Source: Parcubacteria group bacterium Gr01-1014_13
GTDB lineage: Bacteria > Patescibacteriota > Patescibacteriia > Magasanikbacterales > GWA2-37-8
DNA: 64,000 nt
Assembly: GCA_007376295.1 (NCBI GenBank)
Contig: VMGB01000001.1
Coordinates: forward strand, 182,643-246,642
Direction: 5' to 3'
The notes below the pieces were generated by a model. That model was not told the origin of the DNA, ran no database searches, and worked only from the letters and a program-made list of their open reading frames with translations. Each line of letters opens with the position of its first letter. Within the stretch, counting starts at the first letter, position 1. Below, piece by piece: positions 48,555 through 57,352 of this stretch. The position numbers and the translations under genes are program-made.

Positions 48555-48965
48555 TTAGAGCCGCTTAGGAAACTCAAGCACTTTGTTTACTTCAGAATCT
48601 TTTTTAAGTTCATCGATTTGCTGACCCAAATCGGAAATCTTTCCCTCTAATTCCGCTCTCTTTTCCTGTAAAGCGTTCAACTTTTCAGCCACATCCACAG
48701 CAGAATCTTGAGCCTCATCCGTTGATGGAGGTAATGCCTCAACCTGCTTTGCTGGTGGTAGCTCTTTAGCGCTCTTTTCTAAGCCACTAAATATGAAGAT
48801 GGGCCAAATTGCTCCTCCAAATATACTAACAAGTACGGCAAACTGTTTATCGCAATCATTCCCTGCTCTAGGCAGTAATTTTTTAGCGATATTTTTCCCA
48901 GTCACATAGCCAAGATTGGCGTAAATAATGCTACCAAGAACCAACAAAACTATGTACAGCGGCAT
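48555..48965 (-). CDS. Hypothetical membrane protein with C-terminal coiled coil. Start MPLYIV chosen; the track start is the TTG of the -35 box.
   Basis: Two TM helices plus a charged coiled coil. GGGAGGG Shine-Dalgarno 4 nt upstream of the ATG. Confidence 0.5.
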   Translation of the reverse strand: MPLYIVLLVLGSIIYANLGYVTGKNIAKKLLPRAGNDCDKQFAVLVSIFGGAIWPIFIFSGLEKSAKELPPAKQVEALPPSTDEAQDSAVDVAEKLNALQEKRAELEGKISDLGQQIDELKKDSEVNKVLEFPKRL

Positions 48966-49002
48966 AGACCCTCCCTTTCCTTCTGGGTTTGAAGGAGCTT
49001 GC

Positions 49003-49053
49003 AAATTATCATAAAAATTAGCCTTTGTCAATATTGAAACCTTGTGCTACAAT
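49003..49053. promoter_or_regulatory. Divergent promoters sharing one palindromic -35 element (TTTGTCAA)
   Basis: Plus strand: TTGTCA (49025-49030), 17-nt spacer, TACAAT (49048-49053), leading to ATG 49064. Minus strand: TTGACA (49031-49026), 17-nt spacer, TAATTT. Confidence 0.45.
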
Positions 49054-49063
49054 TAACAATAAT

Positions 49064-51271
49064 ATGTGTAGAGAGATACGAAAAATTATATCCTTTATTT
49101 TGCTAAGTGGGCTTTTTTTGAGTCCGCCTTTGATTGCTTTGGCGCAGGTAGAATTCAACCCTCAATTTATAATTTCCGACGAAGAAATGCAGAGTACTGC
49201 TAACTGGACACAAACAGATGTTCAAAAGTTTTTACAAGACAGGGGTAGTTACTTAGCTACTCTCGTTGCCGAAGACCCGGATGGATTGTTTAAATCAGCG
49301 GCGGAGATTATTTATGATACGGCTGTAAAATATCAAATCAACCCAAAATTCTTGCTTGTTACTTTACAAAAAGAACAGAGCCTAATTACTGATGATACTC
49401 CCACCCAAAAACAACTCGACTGGGCTACAGGTTATGGTGTTTGCGACAGTTGTGATTTAAATGGCGACAGTCTTTTGAAATACAAAGGTTTTGGCAAACA
49501 AGTAGACAACGCCGGTGGCCTCATTCGTTGGTATTACAATAATACTGACAAATCTTTTGTTAAGAAAAAAGACCAAAACACCACAATAGATAATCAAATC
49601 ATTATTCCTCAAAGCTGGGCCACGGCTTTTTTGTACACTTACACTCCGCATATCCATGGCAACAAAAATTTTTGGCGTATTTGGAACACTTGGTTCAGCC
49701 AGATTTATCCTAATGGCACACTGCTTCGCTCGGCTTCTAGTTCTGAAGTCTGGCTTATCCAAAACAACATTAAACGTAAATTTAAAAATCAATCCACTTT
49801 GCTTAGCCGGGCTGATCCAAAAATGATTGTCACCGTACAAGAATCTGAATTAAGTAACTACCAAACTGGACAAGAAATATCTTTTCCTAACTACTCTGTT
49901 CTAAAAACTGCGTCTAGTTTTTATCTTTTAGACTACGATACTCTGCGCCCATTTGCTTCGGCCGATGTGGTGCGACAAATTGGTTATAACCCGGATGAGT
50001 TTATCGAAATTACCGACGCTGATATTGTCGGTTATCAACTAGGTTCGGTTATAAACGCATCAACCACTGCCCCGCAAGGTATAGTTTACCAAATTACCGA
50101 CCTAAACAATTCTTACTACTTATTTAAAGACAGCACTTTGTATCCGATAACCGACAAAAATATTATTGCTACCAATTACAAAGATTTGGCAATTGAAAAA
50201 CATCAACTTAAAGACATCAAAAATTTACCAGTCGCGGATTTGCCTTTGAATTTTAAAGACGGCACTCTTCTGCGGGTTACGGATAGTAGTAATGTTTATG
50301 TTATAGAAAATGGAAAGAAACGGCTGATTGCTGATGTAGATACATTTGCAGCTTTAGGTTACAATCGAAATAACGTAATTTCAGTCAGTGCTATTACAGC
50401 TGCCAATATTTTAAACGGCGAGCCTATTTTTATTAATGGTAGCCTTATTTCTTCACGCAATAAGTATCTGGGAGACAGTGAAGTAAAAGTTGATGATTTG
50501 TTTGGTAGTAAAATCCCCTCTTACCTGGTAGCCGAATACCCTAGCGGCCGAATTATTTCCGGCAAAAACATCGACAAACCCCGGTCTATCGCTTCGATGG
50601 TCAAATTATTGGTTGGGTATGAAGCTTTAAACCAAGATTTTAATTTAGCTAAATTCTCTGTTTATTCCAAGACAAAAAATGGCGCTCCGGGAAATAACCT
50701 GGCTTTACGAAATGGTGCGGTGATAAAAAATGCAGACTTATTTAACGCCATGCTTATCGGATCCACCAACAACACGGCCCGTTTAATCGGCCAATCCAGC
50801 GGTCTAAGTGAAGCATCATTTATTGAAAACATAAATAAAAGACTGGAAAATTGGGGTGCCGATGACACCAAAATTGTCGACGTCACTGGACTCGATGGCA
50901 AAAATAAGTCTACTCCCCGTAATTTATTAAAGATATTTACGCGTATTCTGGATAATCCAAACCTAAAAACATCGTTATCAAAAACCAAATATACCTTTAA
51001 AGAATTACCTAGTAAAGTTGGTGCTAAAAGTCATGCTATCTCCACTCCCAACAAGCTTGTTCCTTTAGCAAATGCAAATTACAAAATAATTGCGAGCAAA
51101 ACTGGTTCCACCAATGAAGCGGGAGTAGTTACGGTTATGCTTATAGAAACAATCAAAACCAAAAAACAATACACAATTATTACCATGGGCAGTACGGATA
51201 TAAAAAATCAAGAAGCCAACAAAATTGCCAAATGGATTTCCACTGGCAAAGTAAAAATTACCAGTAACTAA
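49064..51271 (+). CDS. Secreted multidomain protein with N-terminal domain, about four tandem 50-aa repeats, and a C-terminal D-Ala-D-Ala carboxypeptidase (S11, PBP5-like)
   Basis: Signal peptide ending ALAQV. C-terminal SxxK (SIASMVKLL), SxN (STNN) and KTG (SKTGST) motifs. Confidence 0.75.
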   Translation: MCREIRKIISFILLSGLFLSPPLIALAQVEFNPQFIISDEEMQSTANWTQTDVQKFLQDRGSYLATLVAEDPDGLFKSAAEIIYDTAVKYQINPKFLLVTLQKEQSLITDDTPTQKQLDWATGYGVCDSCDLNGDSLLKYKGFGKQVDNAGGLIRWYYNNTDKSFVKKKDQNTTIDNQIIIPQSWATAFLYTYTPHIHGNKNFWRIWNTWFSQIYPNGTLLRSASSSEVWLIQNNIKRKFKNQSTLLSRADPKMIVTVQESELSNYQTGQEISFPNYSVLKTASSFYLLDYDTLRPFASADVVRQIGYNPDEFIEITDADIVGYQLGSVINASTTAPQGIVYQITDLNNSYYLFKDSTLYPITDKNIIATNYKDLAIEKHQLKDIKNLPVADLPLNFKDGTLLRVTDSSNVYVIENGKKRLIADVDTFAALGYNRNNVISVSAITAANILNGEPIFINGSLISSRNKYLGDSEVKVDDLFGSKIPSYLVAEYPSGRIISGKNIDKPRSIASMVKLLVGYEALNQDFNLAKFSVYSKTKNGAPGNNLALRNGAVIKNADLFNAMLIGSTNNTARLIGQSSGLSEASFIENINKRLENWGADDTKIVDVTGLDGKNKSTPRNLLKIFTRILDNPNLKTSLSKTKYTFKELPSKVGAKSHAISTPNKLVPLANANYKIIASKTGSTNEAGVVTVMLIETIKTKKQYTIITMGSTDIKNQEANKIAKWISTGKVKITSN

Positions 51272-51281
51272 TTTAATAAAT

Positions 51282-52079
51282 ATGCCCCTTGTTTTTGCGG
51301 CTATCACCCCTCACCCACCACTCCTGATCCCCACTATCGGCAAACAGTCATTAAAAAAATTGGAAAAAACAAAAATTGCTCTGGAGCAGATGGAAAAAGA
51401 TCTGTACATCACTCATCCGGAAATTTTAATAATCATTTCTCCTCACGGCAGCTATTTTCATGATGCTTTTACGCTTAACGTCAGCACTCACTACCAGACC
51501 GATCTGCGCGAATTTGGCGATCTGGCTACAAAGATAAAATTTCAGGGCGAAACACATCTGGCCACTATGATTCGCGAAGGCACAAAAAAAGAAAATTTTC
51601 CCGCTACCATGATAAGTGAACAAAATTTGGACCACGGTTCTTCCGTGCCTTTATCTTACCTGACTAAACATCTTAAAAAAACAAAGATAATCCAGATTGG
51701 CTTTTGCGATTTAGATTGGAAAACCCATGTTGCTTTTGGAGCTATGATTGCCGATAAAATTTCGCAAATAAATAAACGGGTGGCGGTTATTGCTTCCGGA
51801 GACTTATCACACGCTCTGATTTCCGATGCACCCGCCGGCTACAATCCAGCCGGTCCGGAATTTGATAGAAAAATTCAGGAACTTTTGGAGAGTAAGAATT
51901 TATCCGGCATGTTGCAGTTGGACAAAAAGTTGGTGACTAACGCGTCTGAGTGCGGTTTTAGATCATTTTTAATTTTGATGGGCATCTTGCAAGGTGTTCA
52001 TCACACTTACAAATCGTACAGCTACGAAGCCCCTTTTGGCGTTGGTTATTTAACAGCAAATTTTGCTTTGTCTCCCTAA
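51282..52079 (+). CDS. LigB/Memo-superfamily protein (class III extradiol dioxygenase-like)
   Basis: MPLVFAAITPHPPLLIP..., ISPHGSYFHDAF and SGDLSHAL His-containing motifs. Confidence 0.45.
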   Translation: MPLVFAAITPHPPLLIPTIGKQSLKKLEKTKIALEQMEKDLYITHPEILIIISPHGSYFHDAFTLNVSTHYQTDLREFGDLATKIKFQGETHLATMIREGTKKENFPATMISEQNLDHGSSVPLSYLTKHLKKTKIIQIGFCDLDWKTHVAFGAMIADKISQINKRVAVIASGDLSHALISDAPAGYNPAGPEFDRKIQELLESKNLSGMLQLDKKLVTNASECGFRSFLILMGILQGVHHTYKSYSYEAPFGVGYLTANFALSP

Positions 52080-52087
52080 TTTTATAT

Positions 52088-53965
52088 ATGATTGCTCAAG
52101 TGATTCCGGCTAGGCGCATGCCGTTGTCATTGCCTTTTTTGGATTACTCTGTTCCAGAAGAAGACAAAACCAAAATTAAAATTGGCCAACTAGTCAAAAT
52201 TCCTTTTCGTAATAAGGAAGAATTTGGCGTGATTTTAAATATTAAATCCTCCGGTGCGTTGAATATAAAAACTAAACCGATTAAAGAAATAATTTTTTCT
52301 GAACCCATTTTATCTAAAGAACAATTAAATTTTTTAATAGATATTTCCGAATTTTATCATGTTTCTTTGGGATTTTTACTCAAAGGAAATTTGCTTCCCT
52401 TGCAGATCAGAAAATTGCAAAAAGTTTTTTCTTCAGAGCGGCTTGGCGCTCCCCATACAAACAAACCCGCAAAACCACAAGTTTTTATTCACAAAAATGA
52501 GGAGGAGAAAAAAGATTTTATCCTTGATAAAATAAAGACGGGCGGACAGTCTTTGATTCTAGTTCCGGAATTGACCGCTATTGCTAAAATAACCAATTTA
52601 CTTCCTAGTAATATTTTGGACCGTTCCGTAACTATTACCAGTGAATTAAAAACTAAAGAACTTTTTGCTAAATGGCTGCAAATTTGGTCTGGTGAAAAAG
52701 ATATTATTATCGGTACCAGAACAGCTTTATTTCTGCCTTGGTTTAATTTAAAAAACATTATCCTCACAGACGAAGGAAATCCCAACTATAAAAGCTGGGA
52801 TATGGCTCCGCGTTTTCATACGCGGGACGCGGCACTATTTTTATCGAAACACCATAGAGCCGAATTGTCCATTCTATCGCACACTCTTTCGGTAGAAAGT
52901 TATTATTTTGCGAAAAATAAAGTTTATAATACAACCGATGATTTGCAAATCAAATCTCTAAACAAAACCACCGAAATTGTAGATATGAAATCACAATGGC
53001 GCGGCGGCAATCGCAGTATGATGAGCACTGATGTGCTGGAAGAATTTAAAAAAATAAAAACCGGTGATGTTGTTTTTTTTCTCAACCGGCGCGGTACAGC
53101 CAGTTATGTCGGTTGTGCTGATTGCGGTAATGTTTTAAGATGTCCGCATTGTAAACTTTCTTTGACTTATCATCAGGATAAAAAAATTCTGGTCTGTCAT
53201 TATTGCAAATTCTCCGAGCCAATGCCGCTTGCTTGCAAAAATTGTGGCAGCGTAAATATCGGTACCCGTGGTGCCGGCACGCAAATGGCCGAAGAATTAA
53301 TAAAAAAAATTACAGAAAAAATTACCGACACCCGCCCGGTAATCAGATTAGATAGCGATGAAAACGAATTGGGTAAACTTGAAAATAAAGAAGACAAAGT
53401 AATAGTCTGTACGCAATTGGCTTGGGGTCATTTGCCATGGGATAGAATAAAATTATTTGTATATCTGGATGCTGACTCTCCGCTTTTTATCCCCGAGTAC
53501 AAAATTGTCGAAAATTTATGGCAACAGCTTCGCGATGTTCAATATAGGCTTAATCCGGAATCAAGTTTTCTTGTGCAAACTGAACATCCGGAACATCAAG
53601 TTTTCAAATCATTATATAGCCCCGATCTTTTCTACTCCGAACAACTGGCCGAACGTCGGGTTTTGGGATATCCACCGTTTAAATACATGCTCAAACTACT
53701 GACAAGTAACCCAAAATCTGCTATCCTGGATAAAGAAACAGCCCAGGTACAGGCTGGCCTGATAAACTTGACTAAAGGCGTTTCTGGGGTTAGAATACTC
53801 GGCCCGCTAGAAATGTCACCATATTACTCTGGTGGGCAATATAGACAGGTTATCTTAGCTAAAATAGGCTACGAAAACTATAAACAAAATACCAAATTGC
53901 TGGTGGCGAATGTGCCGGAAAATTGGAAAATAGACCCAAACCCAAATTCATTACTTTCAGAATAG
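52088..53965 (+). CDS. priA: PriA-like primosomal protein lacking Walker A and Walker B motifs
   Basis: Zinc-ribbon CADCGNVLRCPHCKLSLTYHQDKKILVCHYCKFSEPMPLACKNCGS and C-terminal FLVQTEHPEHQ are conserved. The helicase motif I region and the DEEH box (here TDEGN) are degenerate. Confidence 0.75.
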   Translation: MIAQVIPARRMPLSLPFLDYSVPEEDKTKIKIGQLVKIPFRNKEEFGVILNIKSSGALNIKTKPIKEIIFSEPILSKEQLNFLIDISEFYHVSLGFLLKGNLLPLQIRKLQKVFSSERLGAPHTNKPAKPQVFIHKNEEEKKDFILDKIKTGGQSLILVPELTAIAKITNLLPSNILDRSVTITSELKTKELFAKWLQIWSGEKDIIIGTRTALFLPWFNLKNIILTDEGNPNYKSWDMAPRFHTRDAALFLSKHHRAELSILSHTLSVESYYFAKNKVYNTTDDLQIKSLNKTTEIVDMKSQWRGGNRSMMSTDVLEEFKKIKTGDVVFFLNRRGTASYVGCADCGNVLRCPHCKLSLTYHQDKKILVCHYCKFSEPMPLACKNCGSVNIGTRGAGTQMAEELIKKITEKITDTRPVIRLDSDENELGKLENKEDKVIVCTQLAWGHLPWDRIKLFVYLDADSPLFIPEYKIVENLWQQLRDVQYRLNPESSFLVQTEHPEHQVFKSLYSPDLFYSEQLAERRVLGYPPFKYMLKLLTSNPKSAILDKETAQVQAGLINLTKGVSGVRILGPLEMSPYYSGGQYRQVILAKIGYENYKQNTKLLVANVPENWKIDPNPNSLLSE

Positions 53966-53967
53966 CT

Positions 53968-54459
53968 ATGATTCTACCAATCACAAAGGAACCAAATCCA
54001 CTTTTACATCAGGTTTCTAAAAATTTAACCGCGGAAGAAATTAACTCCAAAGAAACAAAGGAGTTTCTTACTAACCTCGTAGAAACCATGTATGCCAAAG
54101 ACGGTGTTGGTATTGCTTCAGTGCAAGTGGGAAATCCAATTCAACTTTGTGTAATTGCCAAAGATTTTACTCCAGACAAAAAAACAGACCTCGTGTTGAT
54201 CAATCCAACTTTTACCAAAGCTTCAGTTTTGCGCGAATGGGCCGAAGAAGGCTGTTTGTCCGTACCAAATATATACGGATCAGTAAGACGATACAAAAAA
54301 ATAAAAGTGTCTGCTTTAAATGTTAAAGGCGAAAAGATAGAATTTGTAGCCACAGAATTTTTTGCTAGGATCATTCAGCATGAAATAGACCATTTAAACG
54401 GGATTTTGTTTATAGAAAAAGCAAAAAAGCTTCACACTTTTGAGAAAGAAAAGATTTAA
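53968..54459 (+). CDS. def: Peptide deformylase. Start MILPITKEP chosen, directly after the priA stop.
   Basis: Motifs GVGIASVQVG, EGCLSVP and HEIDHLNG. Confidence 0.9.
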   Translation: MILPITKEPNPLLHQVSKNLTAEEINSKETKEFLTNLVETMYAKDGVGIASVQVGNPIQLCVIAKDFTPDKKTDLVLINPTFTKASVLREWAEEGCLSVPNIYGSVRRYKKIKVSALNVKGEKIEFVATEFFARIIQHEIDHLNGILFIEKAKKLHTFEKEKI

Positions 54460-54461
54460 TT

Positions 54462-55361
54462 ATGCAAAAAGTTAAGACTGTTTTTTTCGGCACACAAGAT
54501 TTTGCTGCCACTATTTTGCAAGGATTGCTGGACAGCGATATTGTTTCGATAGAAATGGTTTTTACTCAACCAGACAGAAAAACTGGACGCAAACAAATTA
54601 TCGAAGAATCTCCGGTAAAAAAATTGGCTAAAAAATATAATATAAAAATAGAACAGCCGGAAACATTAAAAAATTCCGAGATTGATTTATCTGGATTTGA
54701 ATTAGGAATCGTGGCGCAATACGGTTTGATCATCCCAAAAAAGATTATTGACTCCTTCCCTAAAGGCATGATCAATGTACACGGCTCTCTGCTTCCAAAA
54801 TACCGTGGCGCCTCCCCTATTCAGGCAGCCTTAATAAATGGAGAAAAAGAGACTGGGGTAACTATTATGGTTATGGACGAAAAGATGGATCATGGCCCTA
54901 TTTTATCTCAAAAATCCATACTTGTTGACCCAAACGACACTTATACCACCCTGGCCTCTAAAATGGCTGTGGAAGGCCAAATTTTGCTTTTAAATACCCT
55001 TCCAGATTGGCTAAATGACACTTTAAAAGCTCAGCCACAAGACGAAAGCCAAGCTACCTTCACTAAGCTCTTGGCTAAAGAGGATGGGCTTGTAGATTTT
55101 CACAAAACTAATGATGAAATATATAACCAGTACCGAGGTTTGAGTCCTTGGCCTGGGGTTTGGTGTATGCGTAATGACAAACGATTAAAACTTTTAAAAA
55201 TTTCTAAATCAGGCAAAACTTTGCCTGTCGGTGAAGCCATGGTAGAAAACAAACGCATTTTTATTGGTTGCAGTAAAGGCTCAATTGAAATTTTGGAACT
55301 ACAATTAGAAGGAAAGGCCGCTATGGATGCCTCTACCTTTTTGAACGGATATAAAGTATAA
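54462..55361 (+). CDS. fmt: Methionyl-tRNA formyltransferase
   Basis: Formyltransferase N-domain (VFFGTQDFA...HGSLLPKYRGASPIQ) and C-domain. Confidence 0.9.
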   Translation: MQKVKTVFFGTQDFAATILQGLLDSDIVSIEMVFTQPDRKTGRKQIIEESPVKKLAKKYNIKIEQPETLKNSEIDLSGFELGIVAQYGLIIPKKIIDSFPKGMINVHGSLLPKYRGASPIQAALINGEKETGVTIMVMDEKMDHGPILSQKSILVDPNDTYTTLASKMAVEGQILLLNTLPDWLNDTLKAQPQDESQATFTKLLAKEDGLVDFHKTNDEIYNQYRGLSPWPGVWCMRNDKRLKLLKISKSGKTLPVGEAMVENKRIFIGCSKGSIEILELQLEGKAAMDASTFLNGYKV

Positions 55362-55423
55362 TGTTAGTGGTATCGCCAACCATTCGGGTTGGTATGAGCC
55401 GTGGCTAGTAAGAGGAGCGATCG

Positions 55424-55573
55424 TTGACGACGAAACAGCGAAAGAAACAAGTCCGTAGAACTGTGGCCAGGGAATACCAGTTGCCGGTTCAGAAGTTCTT
55501 CTGGGATGGCAACATTTTGTTCCTGTGCAAGGACGGCAAGAAAGAGCGTGTTGCGGAGGTTCGCACCAACTAG
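55424..55573 (+). CDS. Possible small basic protein (49 aa, TTG start) in a GC-rich segment: MTTKQRKKQVRRTVAREYQLPVQKFFWDGNILFLCKDGKKERVAEVRTN
   Basis: Strong Shine-Dalgarno AAGAGGAG 6 nt upstream of the TTG. Followed by a strong terminator. Not in the ORF track. Could instead be part of a structured RNA. Confidence 0.35.
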   Translation: MTTKQRKKQVRRTVAREYQLPVQKFFWDGNILFLCKDGKKERVAEVRTN

Positions 55574-55587
55574 GGTCAGACCCTGAT

Positions 55588-55627
55588 ACAAGGCTTTTAC
55601 CAGCGTTTGGGCCCATCAAACGCTGGA
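55588..55627 (+). terminator. Rho-independent terminator
   Basis: 10-bp stem ccagcgtttg/caaacgctgg with loop ggcccat, followed by T6. Confidence 0.6.
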
Positions 55628-55639
55628 TATTTTTTCCTC

Positions 55640-57073
55640 ATGACGCAGATTTCCAAAAAACAAATTTATCTATACATCGCCATCTATTTTGGCATAAGAA
55701 TTTTCTCATATTTTTTCAGCCCGGCCACGCCACTATATTTTGCAAACCCTGTAAACTGGATTGTCTCCACCACCATTCTTTTGGTGGTGGTTTATTTTTT
55801 ATTAAAAAAGGATATTCATGGCTGGCTGCTTATCGCCAGCGGAATGGTTTTGGGCGGAGCAGGTAGCTTTTTGGAAATAAAAGGAATTTATTTAAGGACC
55901 TTCCTTTTGGTGTTCTCAATAGCAATTTTTACTTATCAAACTATTAAGGAGAAGAAATATAACATATTTTTGGAAAATAAAACTATTCTTTTTGCATTCC
56001 TCGCCCTGTATACAATTGTTGGCATGTCTGCCTTACGCGGTTATTATGCCGGCCATAACCTTAAACTTGTTATTGCCGACACTCTCCCCTATCTTTTTTT
56101 CTTATACTACTTCCCTATCAAAGAACTCTTGAAGTCAGAAAAATTCCGCAAAGCAGTATTTAACATGCTGATTGTAGCTGTAATTTGTAATTTTGTTTTT
56201 GTCTATTTTACCTTGGTAGCATTTTCTTCAGGGATTTTTGTTTTGCAGGATTCTTATTATCACTGGTTTAGAGATGTGGCGAGCGGTAAAATTACGGATT
56301 ATGGCACAGGATTTTTCCGAATATTGTTAAACGAACAGTTGTTGCTGGTGCCGTTATTTTTATGGCTGTTTGCCAAACAAATTTACAGCGAGAATACGAA
56401 AAAAATCGTTTTCATAATATCTGGCATGGCTCTTTTAGCAGTACTCAGTATAAATATTACCAGAATCTACTTGGTTGGTTTGGCTGTGGGAATTTTATTT
56501 TTATTTTCTTTCAAAAACTGGAAACGCTGGCTGGCATACTCCGCTGGCGCGCTTGGGTTTTTTATTATAGCTTTTACACTCACTCACTTGGGTGCGACAA
56601 AAGGAAAAAGTTTAGGATGGGAGTACTTGGGTTTGCGCCTACAAAGCATAGCTATGCCGCAAACAGAAGATAGTTCGCTAAGCCGACTGTTGCTCCTGCC
56701 GAAGATTATGGAGAAGATCAAAGCTCATCCCCTACTGGGCAATGGTTTAGGAGATACAGTTACGGCTTATAGTCCAATTTTTAAGGCAAACATAACCACA
56801 CCACACTTCGACTGGGGTTACTTAGAGATTATTGCCGAGATGGGAGTTCTGGGATTGATGATATGGGGTTTAATAATTGGATATTTGATATTAAAAATTA
56901 AACAAAACAGAGGCTTGTTGGCCTCTGTGATTGCGTTGTTGGTTATAAACATTACTTCTCCCGCGCTATTTCATGTAATGGGGATAATTCTGATTGCTTA
57001 TTTCTTTTCTGTAAACAAAGCTACTCCTCTACCTAATAGCCAGGCTACGAGCCCGATGGCCATCGGGAAATAA
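55640..57073 (+). CDS. Polytopic membrane protein, O-antigen ligase/polymerase-like. ATG 55640 (MTQISKK) chosen; the track start is a TTG inside the terminator.
   Basis: More than 10 TM helices, with a large periplasmic loop near the C-terminal third that is typical of Wzy_C/WaaL-like proteins. This is inference. Confidence 0.5.
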   Translation: MTQISKKQIYLYIAIYFGIRIFSYFFSPATPLYFANPVNWIVSTTILLVVVYFLLKKDIHGWLLIASGMVLGGAGSFLEIKGIYLRTFLLVFSIAIFTYQTIKEKKYNIFLENKTILFAFLALYTIVGMSALRGYYAGHNLKLVIADTLPYLFFLYYFPIKELLKSEKFRKAVFNMLIVAVICNFVFVYFTLVAFSSGIFVLQDSYYHWFRDVASGKITDYGTGFFRILLNEQLLLVPLFLWLFAKQIYSENTKKIVFIISGMALLAVLSINITRIYLVGLAVGILFLFSFKNWKRWLAYSAGALGFFIIAFTLTHLGATKGKSLGWEYLGLRLQSIAMPQTEDSSLSRLLLLPKIMEKIKAHPLLGNGLGDTVTAYSPIFKANITTPHFDWGYLEIIAEMGVLGLMIWGLIIGYLILKIKQNRGLLASVIALLVINITSPALFHVMGIILIAYFFSVNKATPLPNSQATSPMAIGK

Positions 57074-57348
57074 ATGTGTTGTAAATCAAAGTAGACTTCA
57101 AATAATGCTGCTGGAATTAAAGTGATGGCAATCCACCAGTATTTTTTTGCGCCGCCGAAGGCGGTGAAGAGGAGGGTGAGGAAAAAGATGTAGGCTAAAA
57201 AAATACCTACAATAAATTTTCCGGCATTAGCGGGAATAGATATAAAACTGCCTACTTGTGGAAATAAGTAAAAATAAAATTTTCCAACAAGCTCGGCTAT
57301 CAACACTGATAAGATTAAACTTGCTAAAAATAATAGGATTTTTTTCAT
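56998..57348 (-). CDS. Small hypothetical membrane protein (116 aa, about 4 TM) downstream of the lipase-like gene
   Basis: Hydrophobic ORF. Its 3' end convergently overlaps the preceding + gene by 75 nt. Confidence 0.4.
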   Translation of the reverse strand: MKKILLFLASLILSVLIAELVGKFYFYLFPQVGSFISIPANAGKFIVGIFLAYIFFLTLLFTAFGGAKKYWWIAITLIPAALFEVYFDLQHIYFPMAIGLVAWLLGRGVALFTEKK

Positions 57349-57352
57349 AAAT

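Noticed and set aside
46100-49050. Clear-cut foreign high-GC island
   Set aside because: By-eye GC (about 45-55%) is similar to highly conserved core genes here (atpA, clpB about 53-57% in sampled 60-mers), so GC alone does not prove horizontal origin. Only the contrast with other accessory genes is noted.
55362-55627. Considered RNase P RNA, tmRNA, SRP RNA or 6S RNA for the GC-rich segment after fmt
   Set aside because: The conserved cores of these RNAs are missing. There are no RNase P P4 strands (GGAAAGUCCGG / ACAGAA..GGCUUA). There is no tRNA-like CCA end or xLAA tag frame for tmRNA. There is no SRP domain IV GGAAGGAAGCAG. The segment is too long for a 6S-like hairpin. It is reported instead as a possible small ORF or unclassified RNA.
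56998-57073. 75-nt convergent overlap between the O-antigen-ligase-like gene and the small minus-strand membrane gene
   Set aside because: Probably a boundary uncertainty in one of two hydrophobic ORFs, and not a meaningful feature. It cannot be resolved from sequence alone.
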